A stretch of DNA of 63,873 nt, filler included, from Diploschistes diacapsis (lineage: Eukaryota): the NCBI GenBank assembly GCA_023645945.1. It is 15 parts of 15 records of this genome, joined end to end, with 100 filler letters (N's around TTAATTAATTAA, not from the genome) between each part and the next. Parts side by side here need not be neighbours in the genome. Positions count along the whole stretch, not along the records: positions 1 to 25,359 come from JALAIB010000212.1; 14 more parts are not named here. One strand, written 5' to 3'. The number at the start of each line of letters is the position of its first letter. Position 1 is the first letter of the stretch. Position numbers and translations under genes: made by a program. Positions 1-14,523 of this stretch are shown piece by piece. A model generated the notes under the pieces. The model was not told the DNA's origin. It did no database searches and saw only the letters and a program-made list of their open reading frames with translations.

Positions 1-3000
1 GTGTTAGACTTGTTCTGGAAAGTATTACCGACGAGTAGGGGGGCTTTGGGGGAAAGTTTTCGCTAGGTTTGACCGGGTTGTTGTTGTTGTGATATGGCTT
101 TTTCGGGGGTGTATTGTTATTTTTGTTATTTGAGAGGCCGAGGGGGTGTAGTCAGTCCGGCAGTTGTGGAGAAATACGGTAACTTAGATCGGCAACTAAA
201 CTTGTTGGTGGTAAGTTGTTAAAGCTTCCGTTTCGTAGGGTGCCTCCATTGATCTCGTTGGCTCTGGACTGGACGGTGCAAACTGGTTGGTTCACTGATT
301 CGAGTTTGATCGGCGCGCAGCGATAGTCCGCTTCTGGAATGCGAAAAGAATTTCCAAAAGGAAGGCAGATAAGAGTTGGGTCTTTGTATCGTTTGGAACG
401 CGCCTGGTTATTTTCCCAGTGGCAGCGGATTTTTGCAGGACGTGACCTGCTGTTCTCATGGTCTGCTGTTCTTATAGTCTGCTGTTCTCATGAGTCGGCG
501 CCTTTGGGGGAAGCAAGCCAATCTGCCAACTCGGCTCGAGCACCAGAGCGGGCGCATTTGCAAGCGTTGTGCTTTGATGCTTTTCCAGAATCTGGGGGTG
601 GAGGAGTTAAGCGCGTTAATTGGTTCACGTCAGGGTTCTTTGGTTCGAGATGTTGTTGGCCTTTTGTTTCTTTCATACCAGGTTTAGGAATTCTCTGAGA
701 GCGCTGGGGGACCAAACTGTGGTCTTTTGTGTTGGAATATGTCGCTGGATCTCGGTCGAGGATTTGACCCGTCGTACAAAGCCACGAGGGGGCCATTGTA
801 GGGATTGAAGGCTGGTTTCCTTTTACCGTGGGAGCTAGAGCGAAAGAAAGCTGCGTCCGTCTAGTAGTTCCTTTTGCTTTCTTTGCCCCTTGGGGAAAAC
901 TTTGTGATACAGTACTGGCCTGGAGTGGTGTATTCTAGAACAACGCTTTCCAGGGGTTAACTATTGATGTCACGCACGCCTCGTCCGAAACCTTAGTGTA
1001 CTGTATGGAAGGTGATCTACAGTGGGCTATCGGTAGAATACTGGGATGAAGCTTTCTGAGCTGTAGCAGTCGATCAACGGGCTGTTTGACTATGCCCCTG
1101 CCCCTAGATTCAAGCAGCCATAATGCTTGTTACAACTTTTAAGAAGGTTGCAATTTTTCGCGACCCACCAACCATCTTAGGGCAGTCGCTCAATAACGTT
1201 CTGACAACTCAGACGCAGGTCGCTCCCGTTGAAGGTGTCGGGCATATCTTAAACCATGAAGTAATCATCCAATAGTAGGCCAATGTCACATATGTTGCTT
1301 TGCCCATGGCGGTTTTGAACAGCCGTGCCCCGTGTCGTTGCAGCAGCCAGGGGCGATTGTTTTCTGATTATGGTGGAAGCAGACAATTATCCCGACTCAC
1401 ATGAGGTGCTATGACTGCACGACTGGCAGTTTTGTAACAGCTGTCAAATTTCTAGGTATTCTGGAATCAAACCGAGACTGCTTTGATGGTAGGATGCGGC
1501 TGTCAGTCGGTGCAATCCTCCGGATTTCCGTGACGTCTGGCAGTTGCAGCGAGCCCGCAGGTTTCCTAAAAGTACTATCGTGCAGTGGAGCACTGTGATC
1601 TTTTGCTCCTCGGTTTTGATAGCAAAAAAGGTATAAAATACTGTATGCTCCCTTCCTTCGTTTTCGTGCTTGTGGATCGATCAACAATGGCGTTAAAGCA
1701 GATATGAGGGCTGGGAATGATGGAGCAGCGAGCTATGGATGCGCCACCTTAGCAAGTAGGCATTAGGAGGCCAGTATTAGGTCTTCCATGGGAACGATCA
1801 AAAAAGGTTTGATACTGCTTCGTTGCTTCTGCCGAGCCATACAATATCCGTCATGTATGAGCAGAACCCTGTCAGTTCACATAAGACTGAAGTCAAACGT
1901 AGATGTAGCCTCATAAGAGAAGCATTATTATCTGGGACGAGAGCAACGTAGATGGCGTCGACCATAAACCGCCTGCACGTCATGTAGTGCATAGAGTATC
2001 AGAAGAGCCGCACCAATCTAGCTATTGCATCCATCAATCATGACTCAAAAGCGACCATGCCCGAAGAGTTCTAAAAAGGGAACGCAAAAGGCGAGACATG
2101 CTGGAGATCCCGGAAGCCCATTTTGGAGACGCTAGGAAGGTATGGTAACCTCGCGGCAAGCGCGGATTTCCCCGGAAACATAAAGAGAAGGGTGTAGCGA
2201 GCCCAAAAGCTTTCGACCCTTCTTAGCTATTGACTGTGTCTGCAAAGTCTGCCAATTCTGGCACCGACAGTATGTTGGCGAAAAGCTGCAGAGGGAAAGC
2301 CGGAGACCTCCTTTTCTTCTAACCACGTCAGGCCCGCCCCTGACCCTATTATGTACCCGGGCACATGGAATATCATCCATAATAAGTGTCGCAACGCAAC
2401 ACGTAAAGCGGAGATCAGTGCTGGCCTCTCGATCTCGTGAGCCGATTCGAACAGTGTGGCTTCATGCACCTCTTATCTAGACTTGGTCAAATCTATGTAA
2501 ACCCTCTCGGTGGCGCAGAGTCACTGTTTAGCTCAATTTACCTGGACTTTTCTGATTTGATGTACTACCGTACTGTCCTTTGTGCATTGCTTTGCTTTTC
2601 GAGGCACCCGAATCCCTAGGTCAAGAGGACGTTGGCTCGGAGAGGCCATCAAAACAACTACTTTTCGAATTAAGAAATCTGATAGACTTTTCGTATGATA
2701 GATCCTAAGGCTATATATCGTGGCCGAGATCGTGCGGTTTCCGTCACACCCCCTCCCCCTCCCCCGTGCTTGAGCTTGAGCTTGAGCTTGAGCTTTCGTA
2801 TCCCGTGCTAGTCACCGCATAGCCCTTGGCTTTATTGCAGTCGATCATGAATTCTTCTTCTTTTGTTTTCCATTCCATTGTGTGAAGCAGCGTTACCGAG
2901 TTTTGGCAGAAGGAAACAAGAGCAACCAACATTTTCGCAAAAAAAGTAACCCCCCCCCCTTGCAGTATTTGAAAGACCAAATCACTTTCAAGATTGTTCT

Positions 3001-4622
3001 TCGTGGGACCTGGACATGGCAATCAATGCACACCTCCGTCATTGTAGTTTGTTACTCGAAATTGACGGTGTGTGGGTGGCGGAAGTGCCAGAGCTTCCCC
3101 GAAAGTGGCAGCAGGGGTGAGTTTTGAATGTGATCCTTTATGGTGGCATTCAGCTGCTTCTGTTAAGAATCCAGGCCATAGCGCAATGGTCGCTGCTGAT
3201 AATAATATGAAACTGTGCTTTGTCAGAACGGAGGCTCTTAAGGGGCGCCGAAATTTCACGATATTAGTGTTGGGATGAAGTAGAGCTACCTGCCCGTCAT
3301 ATATCTTTTCAAGATCTTTAGACGTAGAGGACCTAGAGTTGTCATGGTCTCCTGGCTAGACTGTGAGACATGAAGAGCTCAAAAGTTGAAGGTGTAGAAG
3401 CATAACCTGGACATCCTCCTACCTTAGTCTGAGTTTGCTAACTTTTCGTTTACTGGGTGGAAGGGCAAGCTTTGTATGCCCGTATTGAGGTTTGGGTCGA
3501 TGAGCAACGGGAGTTGATTTTTCCCACTAATGTTCAAAATAAACCTTGTCTGACTTGGGGCATTTTGATCCATTTTCCAACAATTAGACCAAGAGTCAAA
3601 TAGTCAGTCCTGCTGGTTCAACAAGAAGCGCTTTAGAATGCGATCTTCCAGTATTCCGATCCAAAGGGTATCTATCAGAAAACCCGCTCACTTCTCACTA
3701 GAGCCTGGCCTATAGGTAGGTCACGGTTCTGGATACGAGCTGCCTTGAGACAGGTAACACACAGGTCAGCGCACACATACAGAAACCGTAGGATTGCATG
3801 ACCCATAAGTATGTAGCTGCTACCTCATGAACTGAGCCTCGGTCTCTTCTAAATATTCACGATTGTGTGATTGAACGCTCCGGCTCCGTTCGAGGTAGTG
3901 ATCTTACCAGGCTTGAAGCCCCTTACTTTTGTGCACGATATGAAAGATTGGCACTTCTCATGAAGCAATCCTGCTTCGATAAGCCTGAAATCGTTTCGCA
4001 TCTTTAAGGCTGCTTCTGTCATTGCTGCCTCAATATGAGCTCAGTCGCAGCCTGAGCATTGATCGCAGTGTCTAGAGAAATACTTTGACAAATTATATCG
4101 TTGGCCTCTTTGAAGCTTTCGTCAATTGTATCATCCACCGACGGGAAGCTTATATGGTCCCGCTGCTCAAGTATTCTAGTGATAATACCGAGACTTATAG
4201 TGCCAACTAAGAGCAGAATCTGCTGAAACGGTACGTGTTCTCTAGCAAGTTTAGCATTGGCGCTTGCCCCCATGAAATTTTTGTTCCTCGACTTCGAATA
4301 CACTAGAATGCGCCAGATGGCGTATACGTAATGGTTAGGCAGCTTTTTGGGCCACCAGAGAAACTTGTTGACTGATATATCGTTGGTGGGCTCATTAGCA
4401 CAAGACATTCAAATCCAGTGGTATTTTAAAATCTTTCACAGCTGACTGATGCAAAGATAGAGAGTCCTCCAAGACGATCAAAGTCCGAATCAGCCGAAGT
4501 ATTTAGCGTCGTGTCACGAATGAGGTCGGGTAGTCAACACTCATTACATTTCGCTTCCAAGGCCACGCAGAGCTTCTCGCCTTGCATAGCCTTAGTAATT
4601 AAGGCCAATACTTTGAATCAGT

Positions 4623-6625
4623 ATGAGCAACCACAGTTCGTATTCCGAGTTTCTCGCACGATGCAAGGGACCTCCAGAGCAAGTGCTTCTGCCAAGCAGC
4701 GACCATGTCGAATCCTCAATGGGTGAAAGCTCAAAGGCTCTCCCGCTTCAAATGCTTGACGCCTGCCACGGAAGCATGCCTTCTAGTGCATCATGTGGAC
4801 TTTCTGAGGCCACCAAAGAAGCTCTTTCGCAGCCCCACATGCTCATATATGAGGACAAGTATGGAAAGACTCGATATACTGCCTCGCAGGAAGTGAAGTA
4901 CAAGATGAATAGCAAGCAGTACAAGAAGCTCCTTAATACGTTCAAGGAAGTCCGTAAAGCTTCAGAGATTGGTGAGTAAGGTTTGAACACCAAACATGAA
5001 CCTCTGCTAATGACTTAAGATGTTGATTACGTGAGTCTAGGGTTCTGTTCAGGAGAAGCCGAAAAGCAGGAGGGATATGGGCGCGACAGACAGAGCTTTA
5101 AGGATGAGGAAGAGAGTGAAGAAGAAGACCTTTCAGGAAGTCAAAAGTTGGAAGTGGAACGTACCCAGGCAGTGAATTTCAGCCAAGAAGCTATTTTGGA
5201 GGAATGGTATGAGCGAACTTTGCAAACGATCCAACAAGTGCCTTGCAAGCTAATTGGAAAGGCCTGGATCAAGAAAATTCAGCCCAAGAAGCAAGGAATT
5301 TATCCGTATAATGGGGGTAAGAAAGCAAAGCAATTAGGGCTCCCAAAGAATGACCGAGGTTCTTTGACTAGTCCGCCCTGGTGGCCGAAGGGTATTCCAC
5401 ACAGGGAGCCAGACCATCTGGACATGTGGCGTATGTATGTTGTGCAAGTAACAGACTCATAGGCTAATAGGGTGATAGATCGTACCCATCTGCTACTGTA
5501 TATCCTCACAGAAATGTTTGATGTGGAGTGTGGAACTGAGCTGAAGGAGAAAGTTGACGTTCATCTGCTGAAAGCTGCGACTGATGAGATCGAGCCGGAT
5601 ATACGAAGACTCAAAAACGGCGAACGGGCTTGGACCTTGCTGTGCGAGCTCTATGCTGTTCGAGAACAGCAAGAGCGTTACCTGCGCGAATACATTAGTA
5701 AGTATGATACGAATGAAGTTCTGATTTATGATACTAATTTGGGATAGCCGACAAGACTACCATGACTCTCAAATACTATGTTACCAGTCCACGTTCGAGG
5801 AAGCAGAGGAGCTATGCTCAGGATCTGCAACTGGAAAGTCCAAGAAAAGTACGCAAGACAAAACATGTTGGTGAGACGATCTCCGAAGATATCGAGAAAC
5901 AAGGTTCGCTTGATGCGGAAGCCCAGAAATCGTTGGAGATGAACGGCATCATGTACGAGGACTCTATTGAATCAGGCTGCAATAGAGGTCTGAACCATCC
6001 AAGGGCTGTTAGAACGGCTGTTAAGGAAGAATTGCAGAGTTTGACAATATCTGATCAATCTGATCATCGCGACTTTTACGCGAACGTGCTTACACCTCCG
6101 GCAAGCGTTGACAGCCTTGGAAGTCCAACCCACCCTGACTTGTTTGCCAGTATCGCTGCAGGTGCTTCCAGGGTTCGTCAGAATGAATGTGAGAATTCCA
6201 CTGCAGGACCATATAACAGTCTCATTCTCCCTGATCCTGCTGCGATAAAGGTAGAATCAGTGGGAACCCAAGGGTGCTGCTCAGAAGCTTGCCGTCAACA
6301 AGCGGGAAGGAGCGGTTCCAGCTGGCCGCAACGAACGGCTTCTTCGCCAAACCACGATCCTTTGTACATGAGCGCTACCAAAGGATACAACCCCTGGTCA
6401 AATGCTGGTGCCACCGGTATTGGAGGTACCTTTGCAAACGGCTTGAATGATATTCAAAGTGCATGCCCCAGGCCACACATGGCCAGCACCTATTCATATT
6501 TCGAGGATCAGCAATACGGCGCCGCGCCAAGGCCAAGATATCAGTCTTTGAATCATGACTTGTGCTTCCCGCGCTCTGACTCGCACAGCATGGAATTCCA
6601 GATGGCACATCATTTTCCAGTTTGA
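4623..6625 (+). CDS. DUF2841 / YDR124W-like helical-bundle protein (multi-exon; true start may lie further upstream)
   Basis: Motifs HMLIYEDKYGKTRY and LQTIQQVPCKLIGKAWIKKIQPKKQGIYPYNGG...PPWWPKGIPHREPDHL are typical of DUF2841. GT..AG introns with CTAAT branch sites at about 4972-5019, 5431-5479 and 5698-5747 join ORFs 4623, 5031, 5472 and 5762. Confidence 0.85.
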
Positions 6626-7405
6626 CCTCAGCGGCTCTCTCCACTGGCAGTCAAAGGGTTCTGTGACTGTACTGAACAAACGGATGGATAGCTATTTCAG
6701 CGCTGACCAATCGCTATATTGCCGCTATAAGTTGTAGCTGTGCTTAAGAGTCAATCCTTATGGTACTTGTTTGGGGAGTGACTTGGAGTTTAGAGGTATT
6801 TTGAGAACTTGCAAGAAGGTCAACGTCCTTGTAACGGCCAGATATTCCTCACATGGATATGATGAGAGGATGCAGACTGTTTCTCAATAACCGTAATAGA
6901 GATATTCTACTAGAATTATGTTTCTAGCAGAGTAAGTCCTAACTGTGCGATCATTGCTTGCTGTCCATATGATGGAGTTTCAGCCTATGGACACTGTAAA
7001 TTAGTGGATCGTAAAGGAAACCAATATTATCAGCGTCGTCTCCGTCTCCGTCTCCGGTAGTAAAAGCGATCACCAGTAAAGGGTTAGAGCTGTCGTTACT
7101 TGAGCCCTTGAATGCAAGGTTCAAGGGGGTTGGCCAGCCCTTAATGCCGACAAACGAAGCTGGCAATTTGATCACGTGGTCTCGCCGAGTATCCCTGTCA
7201 GCCTTACGTTTCCGTCGATTTTGACGGTCGTCTTTGGTAGTATACCCATCTACCTACAAATTTAGACAAAGATCCTCGACTTCTAATCCTCACTTCTCCT
7301 TGTAAGTTCATAGGCAACTCAAATTTAGCACCACTAATTCCATTGTTTTGGCTAGCACAACTTCCGTATTTATGCGGTTGCGACCAATGTTCGAGCTCCG
7401 ACGCA

Positions 7406-10400
7406 ATGTCGGTGCCACGAGGAGGACGGGCAACGCGACGAGGCAGTAGTCACCTTCCTACGCAGCCTAGCAAACTCGCGAATGCTACCGCCTCAAACTA
7501 CAATACCCGAGCGCACAGAGGAGGTATCAAGTCCAGAGCAGATTCAAGGCCTTCCGCGCAACAATACAAACCTCCCCGTGGGGCAGCGATACAAGAAGCA
7601 GGGTCGACAAGGGCTCGGGGTTCCGGTATTGCACCTAAACGAGCAACTCCTGCCAGTCAGAGCTGGAGACGGACAGAAAATGCAGGACACATAGATTATA
7701 AGCAACGGATTGAGGAATTCTTTCAGCAGGTATGATACTCTTTAAACTCACTAACTTTGAGGACAATTTAGTGACTTGCGGCTTCGCTGGTATTAGCTGA
7801 GGGTCGATCGTGAAAAAGAAAGAGCTAGAGCTATACGTAATGGACTTTTGGCCGATCCCAACAAGAGAACACGACTTGAAGATGCGATCACTGTGGTCGG
7901 AACATGCCAAGAGATGTGTCCAGAGTTCGAACGAATACAACGGATAAGAGAGGCAGCTATAGAACGGCCGGAGAAGGTATGGGTAGCCACATCTCATTCT
8001 TTAAAGCGCTGACGTTCAATCTAGGCTACTTTGCCATCCGGGTCGAAAGTACCAAGCGAAGATTTGATGGTGAAATGCTTTCACAGATCTGATGCTGGAA
8101 AAGATGAGCAGTTGCCCTCCGATCTTCGCCCGCCTAAGGTCCTCGAGAAGACGCTGAATTATTTGTTTGACGACATTTTAATGGGACAAGAGCCGCTCGC
8201 TGGCGTGCATAAGTTCCTATGGGATCGCACACGCGCCATTAGGAACGACTTTTCGATCCAACAGGTGACAAATGTCGAAGACTTAAAAATTGCCATCCAT
8301 TGCTTTGAACGAATCGCCCGCTTTCATCTTCTTTCGCTCCACCAATTGACCCACCCATCACGCGATAACGGCGGTTTTGTGCCACAGCAAGAGCGGGAAC
8401 AACTGAGCAATACCCTTGTATCCCTAATGTACTATTATGACGACAGTAGATCCAAGTTCGAATCGCCGAATGAAGCAGAGTTCCGTGCTTATGCGATTAT
8501 ACTTGAGATTCAGGCCAGATCTCATGATCTCAAGGCGCGGGCACAGAGCCTACCGCAACACATTGTAGCCGACCCAAGGGTGCAGACAGCTATGAGACTC
8601 CAGGCGGCGTCAGGAAAGATGCGGAATGTCCAAAATATGTTCTCTTCCTTGACCAGAAGCTTCACGGTTGCGCGAGGGGATTACTTAAATTTTTGGTCTA
8701 TTGTGCGCTCTAGGTCGACTACATACCTGATGGCCTGTGCGGCAGAAGTCGCTTTCAACTTTGTCAGAGCGAGAGCGTTAGAGACTATGGAGAGGGCTTT
8801 TAAAAGTGGTGGGTCAATGAGGCCAAAGTTGGAGGATTTGAACCTGGACGATCTTTCAGAAGCCCTTGGCTTCGATAGTGGCAAGCAGACAAGGCGATTC
8901 CTCGAAGATGTTGGCCTGCACCTGAAAAAACGCAGTGACGGCGATTTATTTCTCGACCTCGATAACATCGGAAAGATCCCAACAGGTATTTTAACAGCCG
9001 CTGCTTAAGGTATTATGCGCTTATATGGCCTTCAGAATCAATCCTGAGGCACGAGCAAATCGGTTCCGAGAAGCTTGTGGAATCCAAGCGCAAACACAGG
9101 GCTTTCAAAGCCATCGCAAACGGACTTAGCGTACAGCTTTCTAAGCAGGAAGGTCTTCTTGAGGATGAGTCTGACAATGAGTCTGAAGAGTCACTTTTTG
9201 TCTCCCCCGCCAGTTCTCCGGAGCGCGACCCATCGCCGCCGCCTGCCACGGTGGCGCGGGACATCCAACCCCTTGCGACTTCTAATCCTTTTTTCAATCC
9301 CAATCCCGCTGCTGCGGACCCTTTTGCCGCTGCAAAAGCTAGAACGGCTCAAGGCTTTTTTCGTAATCCTCCAACAAGCACAATATTTGGCGTTACAAAT
9401 GGATCTACAAACTCATCTCTGACTTCAGCTACCTTGGGATCATCAGCGTTCAAGACCCCTCCTATGTCCAATCAGCAAATTAATCAAACCGTATTCGGAG
9501 CGAAAAGCTCTGAGCAGCAAAGTTTGGCATTGGAAGGGGATGTGTTTCGAGCTAACCAATATCTATCAAAGGCTTTTGATTCAATACCTCAGAACAGTCC
9601 GTTCGCCACTTCACAAGCTAGTGGAGCCGTGCCAAATCTGTTCGCTGTACCTTCAAATGATGAACTAGCTAAAAGACAGAACGCTTCTGAAAGCCTATTT
9701 AATGAAAATAGCACCCCAGAGCCGAATGCGCAAGTAGCAAAGAGTCTAATCGACAGGATCGAACAACCAAGATCTTCAACTGAACCTGCACCACAAGAGA
9801 GAGCCGCTACTAGTCAAAAATTTGCCCCGTCTAATCCAGCATTTCAAAGCCCTTTCATCCCGCAGGGACACAAGGGCACTTCTATGTTCGGTCAGTCACC
9901 TTTTGTCCAGAAAGATGACCCTTCTCTTGTATTATCGGGTGCTGGTCAGCAGTCGCCGTTCTCCTCTTTTGGTTCGAGTATAAAAAAGCCAGCATCTCCT
10001 CTCTCGAAAGAGGTGTCTTCTGCACTTTCGGCTCCAGAAAGCGACAAGGCTGGCTCGGGTTTTGGAAACTTTTCGCTGTCAGAGGCAAGAGAGCCGTCAA
10101 TGGATGGGACTAATAGGAAGCCCAGCACAGCTCCAACTTCTGGGCCGCCAAAGGTCTTATCGGCGCCTATTTTTGGGTCCTCGTTCGGCTCTTCATCTCA
10201 AGCGGCTCCATCAAGCCCCTTTCTACGGAAGCCGGACGCGGACTGCCAAGGAACCGTTGGCGGATTTGGGACTTTATCACAGAACAATCGGGATCTGCCA
10301 GGCGTCGAGAATGACTCGTCCACCGCTAAGTCCAGCATATTTCCTCAGGAGAGTAATCCATCTATTTTTCAAAGCAACACCCTGAGCACTCAAAGTAGTC

Positions 10401-12085
10401 TTTCTAAAGATGAACCATCAGACATGGCGGCGCATACAATGCTTCCCTCTGTGTCTTCCAGCGGCCCTTTCCTTTCATCCACGCCAACATCTTCAACCCC
10501 GCAACTTAATGATGGTCGCTTTACACCATTGGTTAAAGATCAGCGCACTGAGAGAGAGAGCCAACAACAGCAGGCTAAAACTAAAACCGAAACAATAGAC
10601 AGATTATCCCAAGAGTTGGTGTGCGGAGAGTACGGATTGATTGAGCAGATGACCGAGCATCTTATGGAATCCATTTTCGATGAATGTGCAAGGACAGTTA
10701 GGAAGGAGCGAAGGAAAGAACGAAAAGCTGAGATGCGCAAGACTTACCTCAGCACGAAATATTTAGCCTTGTGGAGGGAAAAGGCTTGGAAACATCGTCT
10801 GAAACGGAAAGCGATTCAGCGGAGACAGACACTGGCCCAGAGTGTTCATGATCTTACTCATGCGGCAAATGGGGCTCGAACGTTGAATGACAGTTCTTCA
10901 GACCGCGTTGGATTACCTAGACAGGCAAATGGGTCGATTCCCTTAGGGAGTCTGCTGACGGCGCCCCACCATCATCGCAGCGGCTCCACCGCTCAAGATA
11001 TGACCAAGAAGAAGAGGAAAGATCTCCACGACGGCAACAACAACGAAAACGACAACGTCACCGAGGCAGCTTCCAAACCAAGCCCCTCGATATTTAAGAA
11101 GCCTAAAGTTTCACACCATAAACGGTCGCAGACCATCAGCTCCTCCTTGCCTACTCTGTCCAACCTAGCAGAATCAAGAGGCCCTGACAGGCTCAGAGCA
11201 TCTCTGGGTGAAAAACGCAAGCGTCTCAGCCACTCAGACTCTCTAATGAGTGAGTCGATGGTTAAGCGGGCCAGACACCTTATCGGCAAAACAGACACTA
11301 CTAGGACAGATTATTTCCGCCTAAAAGCAATGGGCATCGATCCTAACACGCCCGCCGTGCCTGTGACGCATGGACGTAGCAGGACCTCTATTGGCTCAAC
11401 CAAGACCTCTCCTACAAATTCTAGCTCCACCGGGGCGCCAACCAAGCCCTCCCCCTCACCACTCTCCTCTCTCTCCCAACAAACCCAAACCCTCCTATCT
11501 CGTTCACAATCCCTAGCGTCCGATACCCCACCCACCTCCGCCCCACCTCCTGCTTTTACCTCCAGCCCAAAGTTCACCGAAGACGAAGAATCTCTCTTCG
11601 CTCAGGCCCGCGCACTGCGGGAGGCGCTGGCGGAGGATGAGACATGGTTCCGCCGCGAGCGGGAAGCTGCCGAAGAGCGAAGGCGTGCGAGAGAACCTCG
11701 GAGCCCACCGACGAAGGAGACGGAGAAGGAACGGAGGTTAAGAAAGTGGGAAGCTACGCCTAGCAAGACGAGTGTTAGGCTCGAGAAGACGAGGGCGGGT
11801 GGCTTGCTGCCAGCGGATTGGATGGAGAGGCAGCGGAATGGAAGAGCGAGCCAGGGCAAAGGCAAGGCGAAGGGGAAGGAGGACGGGTTTGTTGAGGGTT
11901 CACCAAGTGTACCAGGAAAGCAGAGGCAAATGCCGGCACAGCAATTGCGCGGCTTTGCTGCTCTGGCGAACGGAACGGTGACAAACGGATTGCGGGTGAA
12001 CGGAGCAGGAGCTGGAGGATGTCCACCGCCTGCTTTGGGACTGGCAGCTAAAGGCGCGAGTATGGAAGACGCCATCGAACTGTAA
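7406..12085 (+). CDS. SAC3: SAC3/GANP family mRNA export (TREX-2) scaffold protein
   Basis: Spliced exons give LEDAITVVGTCQEMCPEFER, EQLPSDLRPPKVLEKTLNYL, HKFLWDRTRAIRNDFSIQ, CFERIARFHLLSLH and NEAEFRAY. A long S/P/F-rich region and a DTTRTDYFRLKAMGIDP C-terminal motif follow. Introns at about 7730-7796, 7977-8024 and 8986-9035. Confidence 0.93.
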
Positions 12086-12562
12086 GTGCGTCCTGAGCTG
12101 GCATAGCGGTGTGCCTAGGCGTGGGGCGGCAGCGTTTGTATTATGGCTTGGTGATATTGTTTGTTGGGAAGATGAGTTCGGTGATACCAAACTGCCATTA
12201 TCCGGCATAGCGTGCAGATGCTTTTGGACACACCGGTATTGCAGAGTCCAGCATCTAATAATCCGAAGGCTTTTCCAAGTGACAATTTTAAATCGAGTCG
12301 AGTGAGATTCTAGACTTGGGAGTTTTGTCTACCTAATTTACCACCAATCCAAGCACAGCGCTTTGGTTGTTTCAGGGGTGTTACACATACTCCTCACGCA
12401 CTTCTTTTCTCAGGCACTCCTTGTCCAACCACCGTCTACCACAATATTAGCCATTAAGACCGTTACGATAAGTGGGCATTCTGCATATAGCCAACAACAG
12501 CCCCCCACCCCTTCGACCGCACCTCTCATCTCCAAGTATATCGAGTAGCTCACCATCCAGCG

Positions 12563-14523
12563 TCACCGCCCCGCAGCCGCGCCCGCCGTCCTTACCACGC
12601 GGCCCCATGCGCCCTCGAACAAACCCCACGTCGCGCCCACCATCCCCCCTCTCCCTCTCCCTCTCCCTACCTCACCGACCCCGTATCCCGCATCGCCCGT
12701 CCATACGGGATCACCAGCATGCTCGCCCATATCCTCGTGCGCTGCTGCCGTCTCGGACCCCAGGTTCGTCTCCGCGGCGGGAACGACACCCGCACCCGCA
12801 TTCCCCACCACGTCTTCGCGCGTGGTGTAGATGACGGCCGCCAGCGCCTCCACCTCGTGCACGCCCTCCATGCTCTGCACGTACGCGTTCGGCACACCGT
12901 TGCCTATCTGGTGCGCCTGCCTCGTGACGACGGCTAGGATGGTGGCGAGCTTGGCTTTTAGTAGAGGGTGCTGGCTCGAGGGGTTCAGGGCTGTTATGTC
13001 GGGGTTGGTGTCGGTTTGGGTGCCGATGTCGGTGGCAGTGGCTGGGCTGGATTTGAAGGCTTGGCTGCGGATGGCGGTGTCGGTGAGACGGGAGAAGAGG
13101 GCGTCGAGGAGGAGGGTGATGACGCGGGTGCAGGCGGGCGAGTCGAGGAGGTCGGAGGTTTCGAGAAGGAGGTGGCGGAGGGAAGGGGAGATTGGGGTGC
13201 GGGTCTGCGTTTGGAAGGAGGGAGAGGGTAGAGACGGGGGTTCTTGGTCGCGTGCGGTGGAGGGTTGGGAGTCTGGTGTCGTGGCGGCTGAAGAGGTGGA
13301 GAGGTTCATTGTGATGCCTGGGCCAGCGACGTTGGGTGGGTTGGATGAATGGGATGATGACGGCTGGGAGCTGGAGTCGGAGAAAACTCCGGATTCGTGG
13401 AGCACGAAGATTTCTTGGTCTGGTGGCGGAAGGAGGAAGGGGAGCCATTTCTTGCTTCTTTGGCGGTGTGAGCGGTGCCCTGTGGGCTTTCAGATGCGGT
13501 CCGGGAACTCACCTTCGCTCTTCTTCAGTAGCACCTTCTACTTTCTTTCGTGTTTCTATTATGAGTTCCGAGAGTCTCTGGAAAGTAACTTCCTCCCGTG
13601 GGCTAATGGGGCCGAAGACTTCCTTGACCGCCTGTTCCACTCTTGTCATTAGATCTCGCCAGCCTCGGTGCAGCAACCACCAGCTAAACGCGAGGAAGTT
13701 GCGATTTGTCTCGAAATCGGCGCCTTCTGCTTCGCCTACCCTACCGTTTTCATGGTTCTCTAGGCTTATCGTTGAATCGTTCCTTCGAGGTGCGGCAAGA
13801 GAGAAAACGCTTGATACATAACTCCGTCGGCCAAGGAGATTGAGCTGTATTCGGGTAAAAATGGTGAGGAGAGCAAGGGTATATATTAGGGTGAACGACC
13901 GGATTATCGCTGCAAGGATTTAGCATACGTAAATGCTTCGATTTGGCGCCGAAACGTGCAGCTCATCTTCAGTTCATCCCACAACTGCGCCTTTGACTTC
14001 CTTGCACGAGGCGCGCCTTCTGCATTCTCCATTGTTGAAGCTCCCATTTGACTTGTGTGTAGATAACCTTCAGTGCCGACACTCCCAACGCTTCTCGCAT
14101 CATCCCCAACAGCACTAGGTGTGCTGGATGAGAAATCAGACGGTGCGAGTGCGGAAGCGCCAGCGCTCCTTCCCAATCTGTCCGCCCTTTGTTGCTGCAG
14201 CTCATGTGTTATGTTTTCCACCGGTAAAGCTTCCAGGATGTTCTCGGTAGCGGTGGGTAGTAAAGCGAGCACGGTGAATGTGCAGTCTTCCTGGTTTTGT
14301 ATGAACCGTCGCTTCAAGCTGCCCTGGATTAGCCATAGCCTACGCGAATCACATTGCCTTCTTACTTTTCCTTTGCTATGCGCTCGTTGTTCACCCGCTC
14401 GCGCATCTCCAGCATCTTACTGATGACATACTGCCCAACGAAGTAGCCTGCGCTGAGCACACCGAAGCCTATTGCGAAGTTCGTTCGATTGCGCCGGAGC
14501 CATCGCTTTGTGGTGGCGATCAT
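12563..14523 (-). CDS. PEX3: Peroxin-3, peroxisomal membrane biogenesis factor (multi-exon)
   Basis: N-terminus MIATTKRWLRRNRTNFAIGFGVLSAGYFVGQYV; LKRRFIQNQEDCTFTVLALLPTATENILEALPVE; KSKAQLWDELK; LLLETSDLLDSP; KLATILAVVTRQAHQIGNGVPNAY. Confidence 0.95.

Noticed and set aside
4623..6625. DUF2841 as a marker of a Starship or hrmA-associated cluster
   Set aside because: No DUF3435 captain or other cluster genes are visible, and the gene sits next to core SAC3 and PEX3.
12472..13821. Long overlapping ORFs (273 aa, 245 aa and others) across PEX3
   Set aside because: These are shadow ORFs caused by GC-rich codon usage; the same applies to antisense ORFs over SAC3, FES1, ALG10 and ATG101.
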